A stretch of DNA of 63,011 nucleotides, counting the filler, from Stramenopiles sp. TOSAG23-2 (lineage: Eukaryota), in NCBI GenBank assembly GCA_900128395.1. It is 11 parts of 11 records of this genome, joined end to end, with 100 filler letters (N's around TTAATTAATTAA, not from the genome) between each part and the next. Parts side by side here need not be neighbours in the genome. Positions count along the whole stretch, not along the records: positions 1 to 6,086 come from LT650521.1; positions 6,187 to 12,268 come from LT650522.1; 9 more parts are not named here. One strand, 5' to 3'. Below the pieces are notes generated by a model, which ran no database searches, was not told the origin of the DNA, and saw only the letters and a program-made list of their open reading frames with translations. A program made the translations under genes and the position numbers. The stretch's first letter is position 1, and every line of letters begins with the position of its first letter. Positions 1-10,927 of this stretch are shown here, one piece after another.

Positions 1-342
1 CTATTTTTTGTAGGAATGGTCAAAACCGCCTTCTATTCCCCTGGTAGCCGAAAAAGTCGGGAACACAGCATAACAGATGGCGTAAAAATGGATGGTGCCA
101 GTGTGTTGCACTTTTTGAGGAAGATTTTTATTATTTTATTTTATGGCGAGGAGTTTATTGTACAATAAATATAGACTAATTGTATGTATAGATATACATG
201 GAGATATCATATATGGAACGTGATCATTATATAATAGATATATAGATATATAGAAGCTACGACAAAATTATCTAAATGCATTACTCATATCACTGGATAT
301 AACACCAATATACCCCTTTTTATATAATATTTATACAAGTTA

Positions 343-506
343 AACGGAAAAAAAATTAATACAACTAATAATAATAAAATAATGGATGATAGTACTTCCT
401 CAATACCAGCAAATTTAACAGAGGAACGGAAAAAAAATTAATACAACTAATAATAATAAAATAATGGATGATAGTACTTCCTCAATACCAGCAAATTTAA
501 CAGAGG
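343..506. repeat. 82-bp tandem duplication spanning the start codon of the RRM/CCCH gene
   Basis: 343-424 is repeated at 425-506; each copy contains ATGGATGATAGTACTTCC. Confidence 0.9.
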
Positions 507-1837
507 ATGATGATAGAAAAGTATTTGTATCAAGAATACCAAGAAATTTTTCAGAAGACCAACTATTCCAAAAATTTGAAGAGAAATTCGGTGCAAACTC
601 CGTAGAAGTAGCTAATGTTGCATACGATGAAGAGCTAGAGCAAGGAAAAGGTTTTGGTTTCGTAGTATTTACAACTAAACAATATAAAATTGCTGCATTA
701 AAAGCTAGGACAGTTAAAGCTACAAAGAATTCTATGTATGTACGAAACGTACAACGGGAAGGAAGAGAAGGAAGAGGTAGAGATAAAGGAGGCATTTGCT
801 TTTTGTGGCAAAGTGGAAATTGTACTCATGGCGATCACTGTAGATTCAAGCACGAAGGCCATGGAAGTGTTGATAAGACTGTTACTGAAAAAAAAGCACC
901 AAAGTGTTTTAAATTTAAAAAAGGAAAATGTCAAAAAGGTGATGCATGCCCGTTTCGACACGTCGGAGCATCAAAAAAAAATAGTGACAAATGTGAAACA
1001 GCTACAACTGTATTAAAACGAGAAGATAGTGAAAAACCATGTTTTAATTGGAAAAAGAAAGGAAAATGTAGAAAAGGGGATAAATGTCCATTTTCACATT
1101 CAATTGATTTAATAAAGAAAAAAATTAAATCAACACTATCTATTAACGAACATAGCCGCCATGATAATAAAAAAGAAAAAGTAAAGCGAAAAAGAGATAA
1201 ATATGAAAAAAATATTAATAATGATGATACTAAAAACGAAACAAATGTGAGGATTTTTGGATTAAATTACGATACGACAAAAGAACGTGTGGAAAAAGTT
1301 TTTGGGAAATGTGGGCAAATAATAAGTATTGAATTTCCAACCTTTGAAGATTCCAAACGTAGTAAAGGATTTTGCCAAATTGAATTTAAAAATGTAAGAG
1401 GTGCAAATAAATGCATAAAAATGGATGGGGAAGAACTGGATGGAAGATGGTTGCGAATACAAAAAGGGAAAATGTTTAAAACATGGGATAAAGACAATAG
1501 TATTAGGAAAGGTATCGATGAAAAAGAGCAAAATGATACAATATTTGTAGGTAATTTAGATTTTAAATGGGATGAACAATCATTATTTGAAGTTTTTGAA
1601 AAAAGATTTGGAAAGGTTTTAACTGTTAAATTAAGTAGAGGTAGGAAAAAATCTGTTAATAAAGGATTTTGTCACGTTCAGTTTGCATCCATGTCCAGTG
1701 CAATCAAAGCTGTAAAAGGTGATGGTAGTCAAATAATGGGACGACGAGTTCAAATTGATTTTGCTAGTCTAAAAAATGAGGATGATGAAGAAGTTGATAG
1801 GAATACGACGACGAAGAGGCAAAAGTTGGAAGAATAG
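464..1837 (+). CDS. RNA-binding protein: RRM + three CCCH zinc fingers + two RRMs
   Basis: RNP2/RNP1 motifs (KVFVSRI...KGFGFVVF; VRIFGL...KGFCQIEF; IFVGNL...KGFCHVQF) and three C-x7-C-x5-C-x3-H fingers (CFLWQSGNCTHGDHCRFKH, CFKFKKGKCQKGDACPFRH, CFNWKKKGKCRKGDKCPFSH). Confidence 0.9.
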   Translation: MDDSTSSIPANLTEDDDRKVFVSRIPRNFSEDQLFQKFEEKFGANSVEVANVAYDEELEQGKGFGFVVFTTKQYKIAALKARTVKATKNSMYVRNVQREGREGRGRDKGGICFLWQSGNCTHGDHCRFKHEGHGSVDKTVTEKKAPKCFKFKKGKCQKGDACPFRHVGASKKNSDKCETATTVLKREDSEKPCFNWKKKGKCRKGDKCPFSHSIDLIKKKIKSTLSINEHSRHDNKKEKVKRKRDKYEKNINNDDTKNETNVRIFGLNYDTTKERVEKVFGKCGQIISIEFPTFEDSKRSKGFCQIEFKNVRGANKCIKMDGEELDGRWLRIQKGKMFKTWDKDNSIRKGIDEKEQNDTIFVGNLDFKWDEQSLFEVFEKRFGKVLTVKLSRGRKKSVNKGFCHVQFASMSSAIKAVKGDGSQIMGRRVQIDFASLKNEDDEEVDRNTTTKRQKLEE

Positions 1838-2003
1838 TGTGCGTGTGTGCGTGTAAAATTAATTTTAAAATGTTAACTGTACTCCTTGAAACATTGATTA
1901 AAATGTACGGAAACCCATTAAAAAAGTTGATAGGAATACGACGACGAAGAGGCAAAAGTTGGAAGAATAGTGTGTGTGTGTGTGTAAAATTAATTTTAAA
2001 ATG
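1791..2003. repeat. ~80-bp direct duplication of the RRM/CCCH gene 3' end
   Basis: 1791-1872 is repeated at 1924-2003; the copies differ only in the (GT)n tract. Confidence 0.85.
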
Positions 2004-2168
2004 CATATATGATATTATTAAGAACGGTCGTACTATGATACTCGTAATTTTAAAAGATACAAATTTTGTTAAAACACACACCTCTCCTATAATTATGAAC
2101 CTTCTCACCACTCTAATAGATCAAATTTATATTTTATGACTCCGTATATTTATAATATATATTTTTTC

Positions 2169-2406
2169 CTATGCCATACATAAATCAACAACTTTCAATG
2201 TGTTATCCGTTGGTACTCTCATTTCACTTAAAATTGTTTCCAATTTCTTACCACCTTCTTCATTATTTAAATCTAGCGCATCTAAAACTATGCCATACAT
2301 AAATCAACAACTTTCAATGTGTTATCCGTTGGTACTCTCATTTCACTTAAAATTGTTTCCAATTTCTTACCACCTTCTTCATTATTTAAATCTAGCGCAT
2401 CTAAAA
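2169..2406. repeat. 119-bp tandem duplication of the zincin gene 3' end, including its stop codon
   Basis: 2169-2287 is identical to 2288-2406. Confidence 0.9.
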
Positions 2407-4069
2407 TGCCACTTTCAAATAAATTGCTAAAATCATCCAAAACAGGTAATGTTTTTGAAACATCCAAAACCAATTTGTCTTCTTTAAATGATAAAAAACC
2501 ATGTTTGAAATAAGTATTATACGCATGTATTTGAAATACAATATAAGGCTGCAATGAAATTGTTTTAAATTTCGCAAAGTAACGTACTGCATCTAAGCAG
2601 AAGTGAACTAAATGCTTTTGTAATTCTTCCAAGCTTAATACTTTCTCCTTATACAATAAACGTAATGTAAACATGGCAGTCAATTCTGCCCTAGGTTCCT
2701 CAAGCATCATATTTGTTTCTTTTTGTATAAAATTGGCAATATTCCTAATCCCATAGATTGCATGACCAACCTCATGTGCAGCAACATGCCAAACCAATTG
2801 ATCAACTGCATCTGGTTTAAATTTATCAACGACTTCGACTTTACCATTTAAATAAATATCTTGAACCTTTAATTTCACTTGTTCCACCCGTGCCATTGTT
2901 TCAATAGCATCAAAATAAATTTTAACACCTTTCTCTTTTTTCACATCTAAACGATTTGGAATGGATTGACCGGAGTAACTGAATACTAACGAACAACCTG
3001 TTTTAAATGGTATATAATAGATCCCAGCCATTGTATTACTCAATGCAGTTAAACCATCAGCACTTAATCTAGTCTCTCTTGATGAATAATACTTGCAAAT
3101 CAATTTATGAATATCTTGAATTTGTGAATTTTGACTACCATACGTTTCATCAAGAAAGCGTAATGAGAAATCAGGCCCTTGCTTCGCTCGTAAAGGATCG
3201 GAATATCCATCTTCAATATCATGAACAATTTGGATATTAGATTTTGTATCCATCCATTTTGAATCACAAAATTTCCATGCTTCCTCTAAATCATCGGGAT
3301 TTTCACAAGCAAGTGCTTTTTGATAACTTGTTAAATACGTTGCAAATTTCTGTGCATCTGGTTCATCTTTATACTCGCTTAAGCAATTGATTGCATCTTG
3401 AAATGTAGATATTACAGTATCTATAATACCCTTGAAAAACACAGCATATGGTTCAACTTGAAAACAATATCCATTTTCCACCTTTTTCGCACGAATCATT
3501 GTATAAGGAGATAAAAAATATTTTTCACTTTCACGATTTGCTTTTGTAACTTCGCTTGTTGAATCTTTCACTGCATTGTTAAATGTTTGATCTTGCACTG
3601 CACGAAGCCATGCAAGATAATATGGATCATATGATTGGGAAATATATGCAGAATGAATAATAAGATCTTTTTCCCAATCTTTGAAACCCATGTTATTTTG
3701 ATAAAGGCTTTGAACAACTAATCTTCTGCAACAAGACATTCTTAAACATTTATATTTCAACATTTCATAAAATAACTCAGAGCCTTCTGGAATACCAGCA
3801 AAGTTAGATTGAAATACAACACGTTGTACCATATCTTTTTTCTCTTGATTTAAACCAGAATCATCTGAATTAATATATTCTGTAAAGCAGTCACCAGACA
3901 CTTGATCCAAATGTTTTAAAAATGCTACACGTTCAGTATTTGCCATAACAATAGGTGGGTCTTTTAATATAATAGCTGCTTTATCATTCATCCAAGCACG
4001 TGTACGTCCATGTATTCCATCCTTCGTTGGTCGTACCGGGGTAAATTGATCTGTAATCACTGCAGACAT
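2288..4069 (-). CDS. HExxH zinc metallopeptidase, CiaB-like / peptidase M49-related
   Basis: AAHEVGHAI zincin motif followed by LEEPRAE (third-ligand Glu). The upstream blocks PYAVFFK and W..CDSKWMDTKSNIQIVHDIE resemble Campylobacter CiaB-family blocks (recalled, not searched). Confidence 0.7.
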   Translation of the reverse strand: MSAVITDQFTPVRPTKDGIHGRTRAWMNDKAAIILKDPPIVMANTERVAFLKHLDQVSGDCFTEYINSDDSGLNQEKKDMVQRVVFQSNFAGIPEGSELFYEMLKYKCLRMSCCRRLVVQSLYQNNMGFKDWEKDLIIHSAYISQSYDPYYLAWLRAVQDQTFNNAVKDSTSEVTKANRESEKYFLSPYTMIRAKKVENGYCFQVEPYAVFFKGIIDTVISTFQDAINCLSEYKDEPDAQKFATYLTSYQKALACENPDDLEEAWKFCDSKWMDTKSNIQIVHDIEDGYSDPLRAKQGPDFSLRFLDETYGSQNSQIQDIHKLICKYYSSRETRLSADGLTALSNTMAGIYYIPFKTGCSLVFSYSGQSIPNRLDVKKEKGVKIYFDAIETMARVEQVKLKVQDIYLNGKVEVVDKFKPDAVDQLVWHVAAHEVGHAIYGIRNIANFIQKETNMMLEEPRAELTAMFTLRLLYKEKVLSLEELQKHLVHFCLDAVRYFAKFKTISLQPYIVFQIHAYNTYFKHGFLSFKEDKLVLDVSKTLPVLDDFSNLFESGILDALDLNNEEGGKKLETILSEMRVPTDNTLKVVDLCMA

Positions 4070-4248
4070 GTTGTTCTTTACTACTAGTTGTTTGATATAT
4101 ATGTATATATCTATATATCTATATATATATATATATATACTTGATCTTCCTTCTTCAACGCAATGAAATATCTATATATCTATATATAAATATACTTGAT
4201 CTTCCTTCGTCAAAGCAATGAAACGTTTTTCTTTTTTTTTCGTTACTA

Positions 4249-4512
4249 TTTTTTCCTTTATCTATATATCAGAATATACCAGTATAATCAATTCAATTAT
4301 TTATATTTTATATTATTCTATATATATTTTTTGGAAATCTAAATCGTTCATATTTTTTAAAATATATTAAGTATATATTTTTTCCTTTATCTATATATCA
4401 GAATATACCAGTATAATCAATTCAATTATTTATGTTTATATTATAATTATATATATATTTTGGAAATCGTTCGTTGTTGGTTCATACTTTTTAAAAAATA
4501 TATTAAGTATAT
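4249..4512. repeat. ~130-bp imperfect tandem duplication upstream of the zincin gene
   Basis: TTTTTCCTTTATCTATATATCAGAATATACCAGTATAATCAATTCAATTATTTAT occurs twice. A smaller duplication (TACTTGATCTTCCTTC...GCAATGAAA) lies at ~4135-4225. Confidence 0.8.
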
Positions 4513-4685
4513 ATAATTCCTAGGTATACTAATATTACCAATTGATTTGATTGGTACTTTGCTGTGGCATTATTATTACCTGTAGTATGATGTCGAAAAA
4601 TTAAAAGAGCTCGTGGGTGATAAAGAGCCTTTTTTCTTCCCAAAAGAACACCTGTGTCCATATCTGAAACCGATGGTGGAAGCCG

Positions 4686-5522
4686 GTGGAGGGCTTTGAA
4701 TCTTCTGAAGGCTCTGATGCTTCAGATTATGAAGAAGCTGTAGTTGAAGAAAAGCCGACGATAGAATTTACTGATGAGCTTATCGAGCGATTGCGGGCAA
4801 AAAAGAATTTTGGTATCTATCAAATTGATATGGTCAAAACGTTCCGAAAGATAATTCGCGAAGTAGATGCGGATCACAGCGGTGAAATTGACCAACTAGA
4901 ATTTTTAATGGCAATACAAAAGCTGCACGAAGAGGATGTTAAGATACCATCAATATCCGATTCAGGAGATCAGCGTGGCGAGACTTTTGCAGCCCTCGTC
5001 GAAAAGGCGGAAGAAAACTCGGCAACATTACAACGTATGGTAGAAAGTATGTTTGCAAGTATTGACTCAGATGGTAGTGGAGCTATAACAGTTGATGAAA
5101 TGGTAGGAGTTCTATTCCCACGGGCACCAAAAGATGAATTGAAAGATATTCATATGTATTTAATGATGCCAGATACCCCAAGGTTTGAAGAGGACGAAGG
5201 TGGAAATGAATCCGACGAAGAACAACCTTTGGCACCAGAACACCTTGAAGAATTGAGGCTGCTTTTTGATTTATATGATGAAGATGGTTCGGGTACGCTG
5301 GATTTAGAAGAGCTCCGTAATGCTGTCAGTGGTAGCTTTTTATTTGAAGGTGAAGATAACATTAGTCCAGAGGCTAGCGCAGTGACATCCACGGATTTCC
5401 AAAGATACGTAGCTGCTGCAGACACAGATGGGGATGGCATCATCGATTTTGAAGAATGGGTACAGATGATGAGACATATTTACGATAAGCCTGATGATTA
5501 TTCATCGCAATTCATGTACTGA
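4686..5522 (+). CDS. Four-EF-hand calcium-binding protein (5' end uncertain)
   Basis: EF loops DADHSGEIDQLE, DSDGSGAITVDE, DEDGSGTLDLEE and DTDGDGIIDFEE. There is no clear in-frame ATG at the start, and coding-like sequence from ~4586 is in another frame. Confidence 0.8.
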   Translation: MEGFESSEGSDASDYEEAVVEEKPTIEFTDELIERLRAKKNFGIYQIDMVKTFRKIIREVDADHSGEIDQLEFLMAIQKLHEEDVKIPSISDSGDQRGETFAALVEKAEENSATLQRMVESMFASIDSDGSGAITVDEMVGVLFPRAPKDELKDIHMYLMMPDTPRFEEDEGGNESDEEQPLAPEHLEELRLLFDLYDEDGSGTLDLEELRNAVSGSFLFEGEDNISPEASAVTSTDFQRYVAAADTDGDGIIDFEEWVQMMRHIYDKPDDYSSQFMY

Positions 5523-6086
5523 AATGGGAACGAAATAAATTAAATGTGGATGCAGACCAGTTTCAGCTGAACTTAATAATAGAGAGTGATGTAAAGATAT
5601 CATAATATATGTTAACCAAAAAATACTTTTTGTGTATGATACAATTATCAGTATTAAATTAAAGAAAATTTTAAATCTCCTCCATAAAAACAACGATACA
5701 TTGCTAAAATTATTTTAAAATAAAAATACATGTATTACACTCTTTTTCAAAAATGACGAACAAAATTTTACCAGCAGCACGCAGTTAATACATTTTATAT
5801 ATTTCACTTCGTACGTTGTTATACTAATTAAACTCGAAAAACCTGCAATCTTTTAAAAACTCTAGAAAACTGGCGTGGTTTTTTTTCCTTAGTATTCTAT
5901 ATCTCGCCCCAGCCTAGTAAATGAAAAGTGCTCATTCAGTGGATTTTTGATATCGTTTTGGCTAACGGTATCCCTATCATTGAGCCTGACTAACTCGACG
6001 GATCTTGTATCAGCGTGACTCACAGGACTCTCTTGCACAGACTCATACTCCTCAGTCTCCTTCACTATTTTTTCTTTTTTTTCTTT

Positions 6087-6186
6087 NNNNNNNNNNNNNN
6101 NNNNNNNNNNNNNNNNNNNNNNNNNNNNNNTTAATTAATTAANNNNNNNNNNNNNNNNNNNNNNNNNNNNNNNNNNNNNNNNNNNN
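6087..6186. other. Artificial contig-joining linker N44-TTAATTAATTAA-N44 (also at 12269, 18446, 24619, 30792, 36962, 43129, 49294, 55458, 61621)
   Basis: The same 100-nt spacer with six-frame stops recurs every ~6.17 kb, and the flanking contigs shrink from 6082 to 6063 bp. Confidence 0.98.
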
Positions 6187-6621
6187 CTATATAATTCCAT
6201 AATTAAAAAATCAAGGTATAGAAATAATGCATTTACTTACGATAAATATTTTCACCTGAAATCTTGTTTTTAGTGCTATGTAGTGCTAAATTTATCGTAA
6301 GTAATTAATGCACAGACTGGGCTAGCTAGCTAGTAGCTGAGCTACCGAGCTACCTGATGGTATTATACCTTAACCTGTAATAAAGATGATTGAGATGATT
6401 TTCCCACCACGAAAAAATGATGAATAATAATGATGAATTATTATTTAGAGATGCATGACAAAACATATATATATTATATACGCATATTACAACCAAAAAA
6501 ATAAAATAAAATTATAAAATATATATTTTTATATATCTAGTAGAAACAAATCGTTTTTTGTAGTCTTTTATCATAAATATACATATATATATATATAATC
6601 AATAATAATAGTATATACATA

Positions 6622-8205
6622 ATGTTTTGTTCAATATCTGGTGAAGTACCACAAGAACCTGTATTTGCAACATCTACTGGACATGTATATGAAAAACGTT
6701 TAATTGAAAAAGCATTAAATGCATCTTCTGGAAAATGTCCAGTGACAGGGAAAATTATTGAAAAAGAACAATTGTTACCAATTGAAACAAATAGAGCAAT
6801 TGCACCAAGAATGCCAGAGACAACATCTATTACTAATTTATTACAAACATTTCAAAGTGAATGGGATGCTGTACTTTTAGAAACACATACATTGAAAAAA
6901 AGTTTACATGAAACAAGACAACAACTAAGTCAAGCATTATATCAAAATGACGCTGCAAATCGTGTTATTGGAAGGTTATTAAAAGAACGTGAACAATTGC
7001 GTGAACAATTAGCAAATGGTGTTGCAGCAGCAACAGCAACAACAACAGCAAATGGTAATAATGCGCCTGTAGAAACCAGCAACAACAATAGCAGTAGTAG
7101 CAGCAATAATAATAGTAATGACAACAACATGGAAGTGGATAATAGTATTAATAATAGTGCACCTTTCTCAAAAAATGTGGTAGATACGCTAATTAATTAT
7201 TCCAAAGAAATATTACCAACACTTAAAAAAGACCGTCCATTACCAGATAATTTTACGACAGTAGAAATGGTTGGAAAATTCAATGAAATTGGTAAATACT
7301 CACCACATTCAGTATCAAAAGTTGGTATTAATTGTGTATCGATACATTCTGATAATGGAAATATTTTAACTGGTGGAAATGATACTCATGGTAAGATATT
7401 TTCTATGAAAGATAAACGTGTTGTTGGTACATTACGTGGTCATACGAAACCTGTCGTATGCGCTGAGTTCATTTCAAATTCTAGTGACAATAATAGTGCC
7501 GTAACTGGTTCAGATGATAATACATGTAAAATCTTTAAATTTACAAATAAAGGGCGTGATAAATATGAATGTACACAAACATTAAATCATCATAAAAGTG
7601 GTGGTGTTAATGGTTTAAATGTACATCCATGTGGAAAATATATGGTATCAACTGCAAATGATAAAACGATGGGATTTTGGGATTTAGAAACAGGTACGAT
7701 ATTACAAGATGCTACATATAATGACGTTGCATGTAGTCCATCGTTTCATCCAAATGGAATGTTAGTTAGTATGGGTATTAATAATACAGTTGGATTATAT
7801 GATGTTAGAACAAGTGTTAAGGAACATGTATTGACGTTAGATGGTCATAATAGTGCAATTACATCAATATCATTTTCACCAATTGGTACACACGTTGTAT
7901 CTGGTGATGTTGATGGTGTAGTGAAAGTATGGGATTTAAGAAAAAAACACAAAGGAAAATCAGGCGATATTGCAACATTAAGTGAAAATCAATCAATAAC
8001 ATCCGTAGGTTTTGATTATAGTAATAAATATGTCACTGCAACAAGTGGTGATGGTGTGAAAGTATGGGAATTTAAGAAATGGAATTCAACTATTTTTACT
8101 CAAACCGATGAGGATGTAGAATTTAAAGGTGCAGCATTTTCACATAATAGTTCATATTTAGCACTTGCTAGTAGTGGAAGATATTTAAAAATATATGGTA
8201 TTTGA
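6622..8205 (+). CDS. PRP19: Pre-mRNA-processing factor 19 (U-box, coiled coil, WD40)
   Basis: MFCSISGEVPQEPV...GHVYEKRLIEK U-box, FQSEWDAVLLE...RQQLSQALYQNDAANRVIGRL tetramerisation helix, then WD40 repeats. Confidence 0.97.
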   Translation: MFCSISGEVPQEPVFATSTGHVYEKRLIEKALNASSGKCPVTGKIIEKEQLLPIETNRAIAPRMPETTSITNLLQTFQSEWDAVLLETHTLKKSLHETRQQLSQALYQNDAANRVIGRLLKEREQLREQLANGVAAATATTTANGNNAPVETSNNNSSSSSNNNSNDNNMEVDNSINNSAPFSKNVVDTLINYSKEILPTLKKDRPLPDNFTTVEMVGKFNEIGKYSPHSVSKVGINCVSIHSDNGNILTGGNDTHGKIFSMKDKRVVGTLRGHTKPVVCAEFISNSSDNNSAVTGSDDNTCKIFKFTNKGRDKYECTQTLNHHKSGGVNGLNVHPCGKYMVSTANDKTMGFWDLETGTILQDATYNDVACSPSFHPNGMLVSMGINNTVGLYDVRTSVKEHVLTLDGHNSAITSISFSPIGTHVVSGDVDGVVKVWDLRKKHKGKSGDIATLSENQSITSVGFDYSNKYVTATSGDGVKVWEFKKWNSTIFTQTDEDVEFKGAAFSHNSSYLALASSGRYLKIYGI

Positions 8206-8494
8206 GTGTGTGTGTGTGTGGTGGGAAAATGCATTTAAAAAAAAAAGAAAACAAAAGAGTGTATCTTGTGTGCGTCTGTTTACTCTTAAAAATATTTTAC
8301 GTACACATATTTTTTTTTAAAAAATACGAATATAATTATAAATATGTTGGTGGGATTAGCGTATCATAATACATATTTATTTTCATAAAAATATTTTATA
8401 AAATATAATAGATCTAATTTTTTATTTTTTTTCCAAAAAATACGTTTTTATTTATTTAAACTTTTAGTGATGATGTCCAAGACATCTTTTTTTT

Positions 8495-10927
8495 TTACAA
8501 AACCTCCTTCATCACCATTACATCCTCACCAAACGATGATTTATTAAACGTAAATTTTTCATTTACAACTTCTTCAAACCCACATGATTTATAAAACTTC
8601 AATAGATGCACTTGTTTTGATATTGGAAACCATAAATGTAATGGTCTATCACGAAAAAAATCACTATTACCTTTTTTATATTTCAATACTGTTTCTATTA
8701 ATTTTCTACCAATATTTTTATGTCTATATTGTTCCTTTACATATAATGCAGCAATCCAACAATACCCAAATTTTTCATCTTTACCGTCCATATCATGACT
8801 ACAAAAGCGAATTGTACCAGCCAATTCATTTTCCAAAGTTAATGCTACCCATGTAATCATGTATTTATTTTTACTCGTATCAACTAATCCTTTTGTATCT
8901 CCGTCTAATAATTGCATTCCAAGTTTATTTGGATTGTTATCATTATCATTTTCATTTGGCCATTCATTTAAAATGAGAGTAGCAATTTCATTTGCAACAT
9001 TAGGACATAAATTCAATCGTGTAATATTCACAATATTATTATTGTTAAAACTATTTACAATTTTATCTGCAAAAATTTCAGCTGCAGCTATAACTGTAAG
9101 ATGCGTATTGGCACGAGGAACTGTTGGAAATACAGATGCATCACAAATTCTAATTGATTCCAATCCTCTTATTTTTCCATTGCTATCAACGACACCATCA
9201 TGGCTCATAGGACCTGGTATATATGATTTTTTAATTTTGTATATATATATATGTTAGTAAAAGTGTTGTATGATAGAACAAGTAAAATAAAACTCATATA
9301 TATATAAGTAAAAATAAAACATACAACTGGAACATATATGAATTCCATCTGAAAGTGTTTGTACCATCCATTCATCTAATTCTACATCTGACATATTTTC
9401 CACTTCTAATAAAGTTAATCCAAATCCATCATTTCCTCGACCAAGTTCTATCATTGATTCATTTGCTTTATCGTTTTCATCAGTAGACAATGGAGATGAC
9501 GTACTTTTTCTTGCAATAGTTTGAATAGCTGGTGATCGAAATAATTCAACAAGCTTACGAATACCATAACGCATACGTGCCTTATCTAATTCATCATCCA
9601 ACATATTTTCATTTACATTTGGAGAAATATTTGGGTCCGTCGATTGTATTTCCACTGAACCTCTGCTATTGCATTTCATTAACATAACATCTATATAACC
9701 AACAGGAAAGTTGTCATCGATATTATCGCCATCTTCTTTTTCTTCTTTTTGTTGTGCCCTTGGATCATTTCCTTGTTCAACCGATACGAAATATAAATCA
9801 TTAAAGCATGTACCACCTATATTTGATGTAAATCGTGACAATGCATTTGCATGTCTCTTTGACACATCATAAAAATCTTTTAATATTATTTTGCCATTAA
9901 TAACGGGATGGTCTTGTAAACCTTTGCCAATATTACATTCTTTTATTACAGGAATATTAAATTTATTCAATATATCTTTTGGACCAACACCACTCCGTTG
10001 TAAAATCGCAGGTGAATAAAGTGCACCAGAAGTTAAAATAATTTCATTTGTTGCATATAAAATAATTGTTGTTGTTTCATCATCATCAGAACCAATATTA
10101 TTATTATTATTGTTATCATTATTTTTCTTTCTTATAACTTCTACACCAATAGCCCTATTGTTGTCATCATTAAATACAATTCGATTTACCAATGTATTAG
10201 GTTGTACGGTTAATTTATTTCTTAATGTTGTATCATTACGTATTGGATCTAAATATGCATCGTTTGTACTAACACGAATTAAATTACCTTTCTCATCTTT
10301 TTTCATATTCATTGGAAATGGTGAGACGCCAGTGGAATCAGGAGAATTTAAATCAAAATTGAATTTAAAACCAAGTATTTCCTCACTACCGATTTTCATA
10401 GCTTTTGCAACTGGTCCCCAATCTTCCACATCTATACGATGTATTGGTATCCTATTTTTATTATTTCCATGAATTTCATTTTTCGTATCGTGGTTATCAT
10501 TATTGCATAATGGATCGCACTCTATTTTTTTATATGCATTTAACATATTTTTCCAATTCCATGCCTCATCTAAAGTTAATGTTTGCCATTCTTTAAAATC
10601 TTCAGGATGACCACGTATTGCTCCCATGCCATTAATAGCACTTCCACCACCAACACATTTCCCAACAGGGTACGATCGTGGAGGTTGACAAGTAGATCTA
10701 GCAACAACGCAATCGTTAAATGTCAATGTTTTATCACCCCAAAGTTTCATTGGATTTTGTGCTGCCATATTTTCATCCATATCTTTTGTACGGTTCTCAT
10801 TACCAGCTTCAATTAATAATATATTCAATGGGATTTCTTTGTTCTTGTTTAATTCTGTGGTTAATCTTGAGGCAATGACAGTCCCAGCTGCACCTGCTCC
10901 TACAATAATATAATCGTAAGTGTTCAT
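8495..10927 (-). CDS. GMC oxidoreductase fused to a C-terminal GNAT acetyltransferase; two exons (10927-9325, 9213-8495)
   Basis: YDYIIVGAGAAG FAD motif, GKCVGGGSAING, SPAILQRSGVG and GLQDHP. Removing a GT-AG intron (9324-9214) gives HICSSCPMSHDGVVD...ICDASVFP...NTHLT. The C-terminus has GNAT motif A (WIAALYVKEQYRHKNIGRKLI) and FYKSCGF. Confidence 0.88.

Noticed and set aside
6131-6142. Regularly spaced palindrome TTAATTAATTAA as a biological repeat
   Set aside because: Always embedded in 44-N flanks; it is a concatenation linker. Gene adjacency across linkers, including virus next to host, means nothing.
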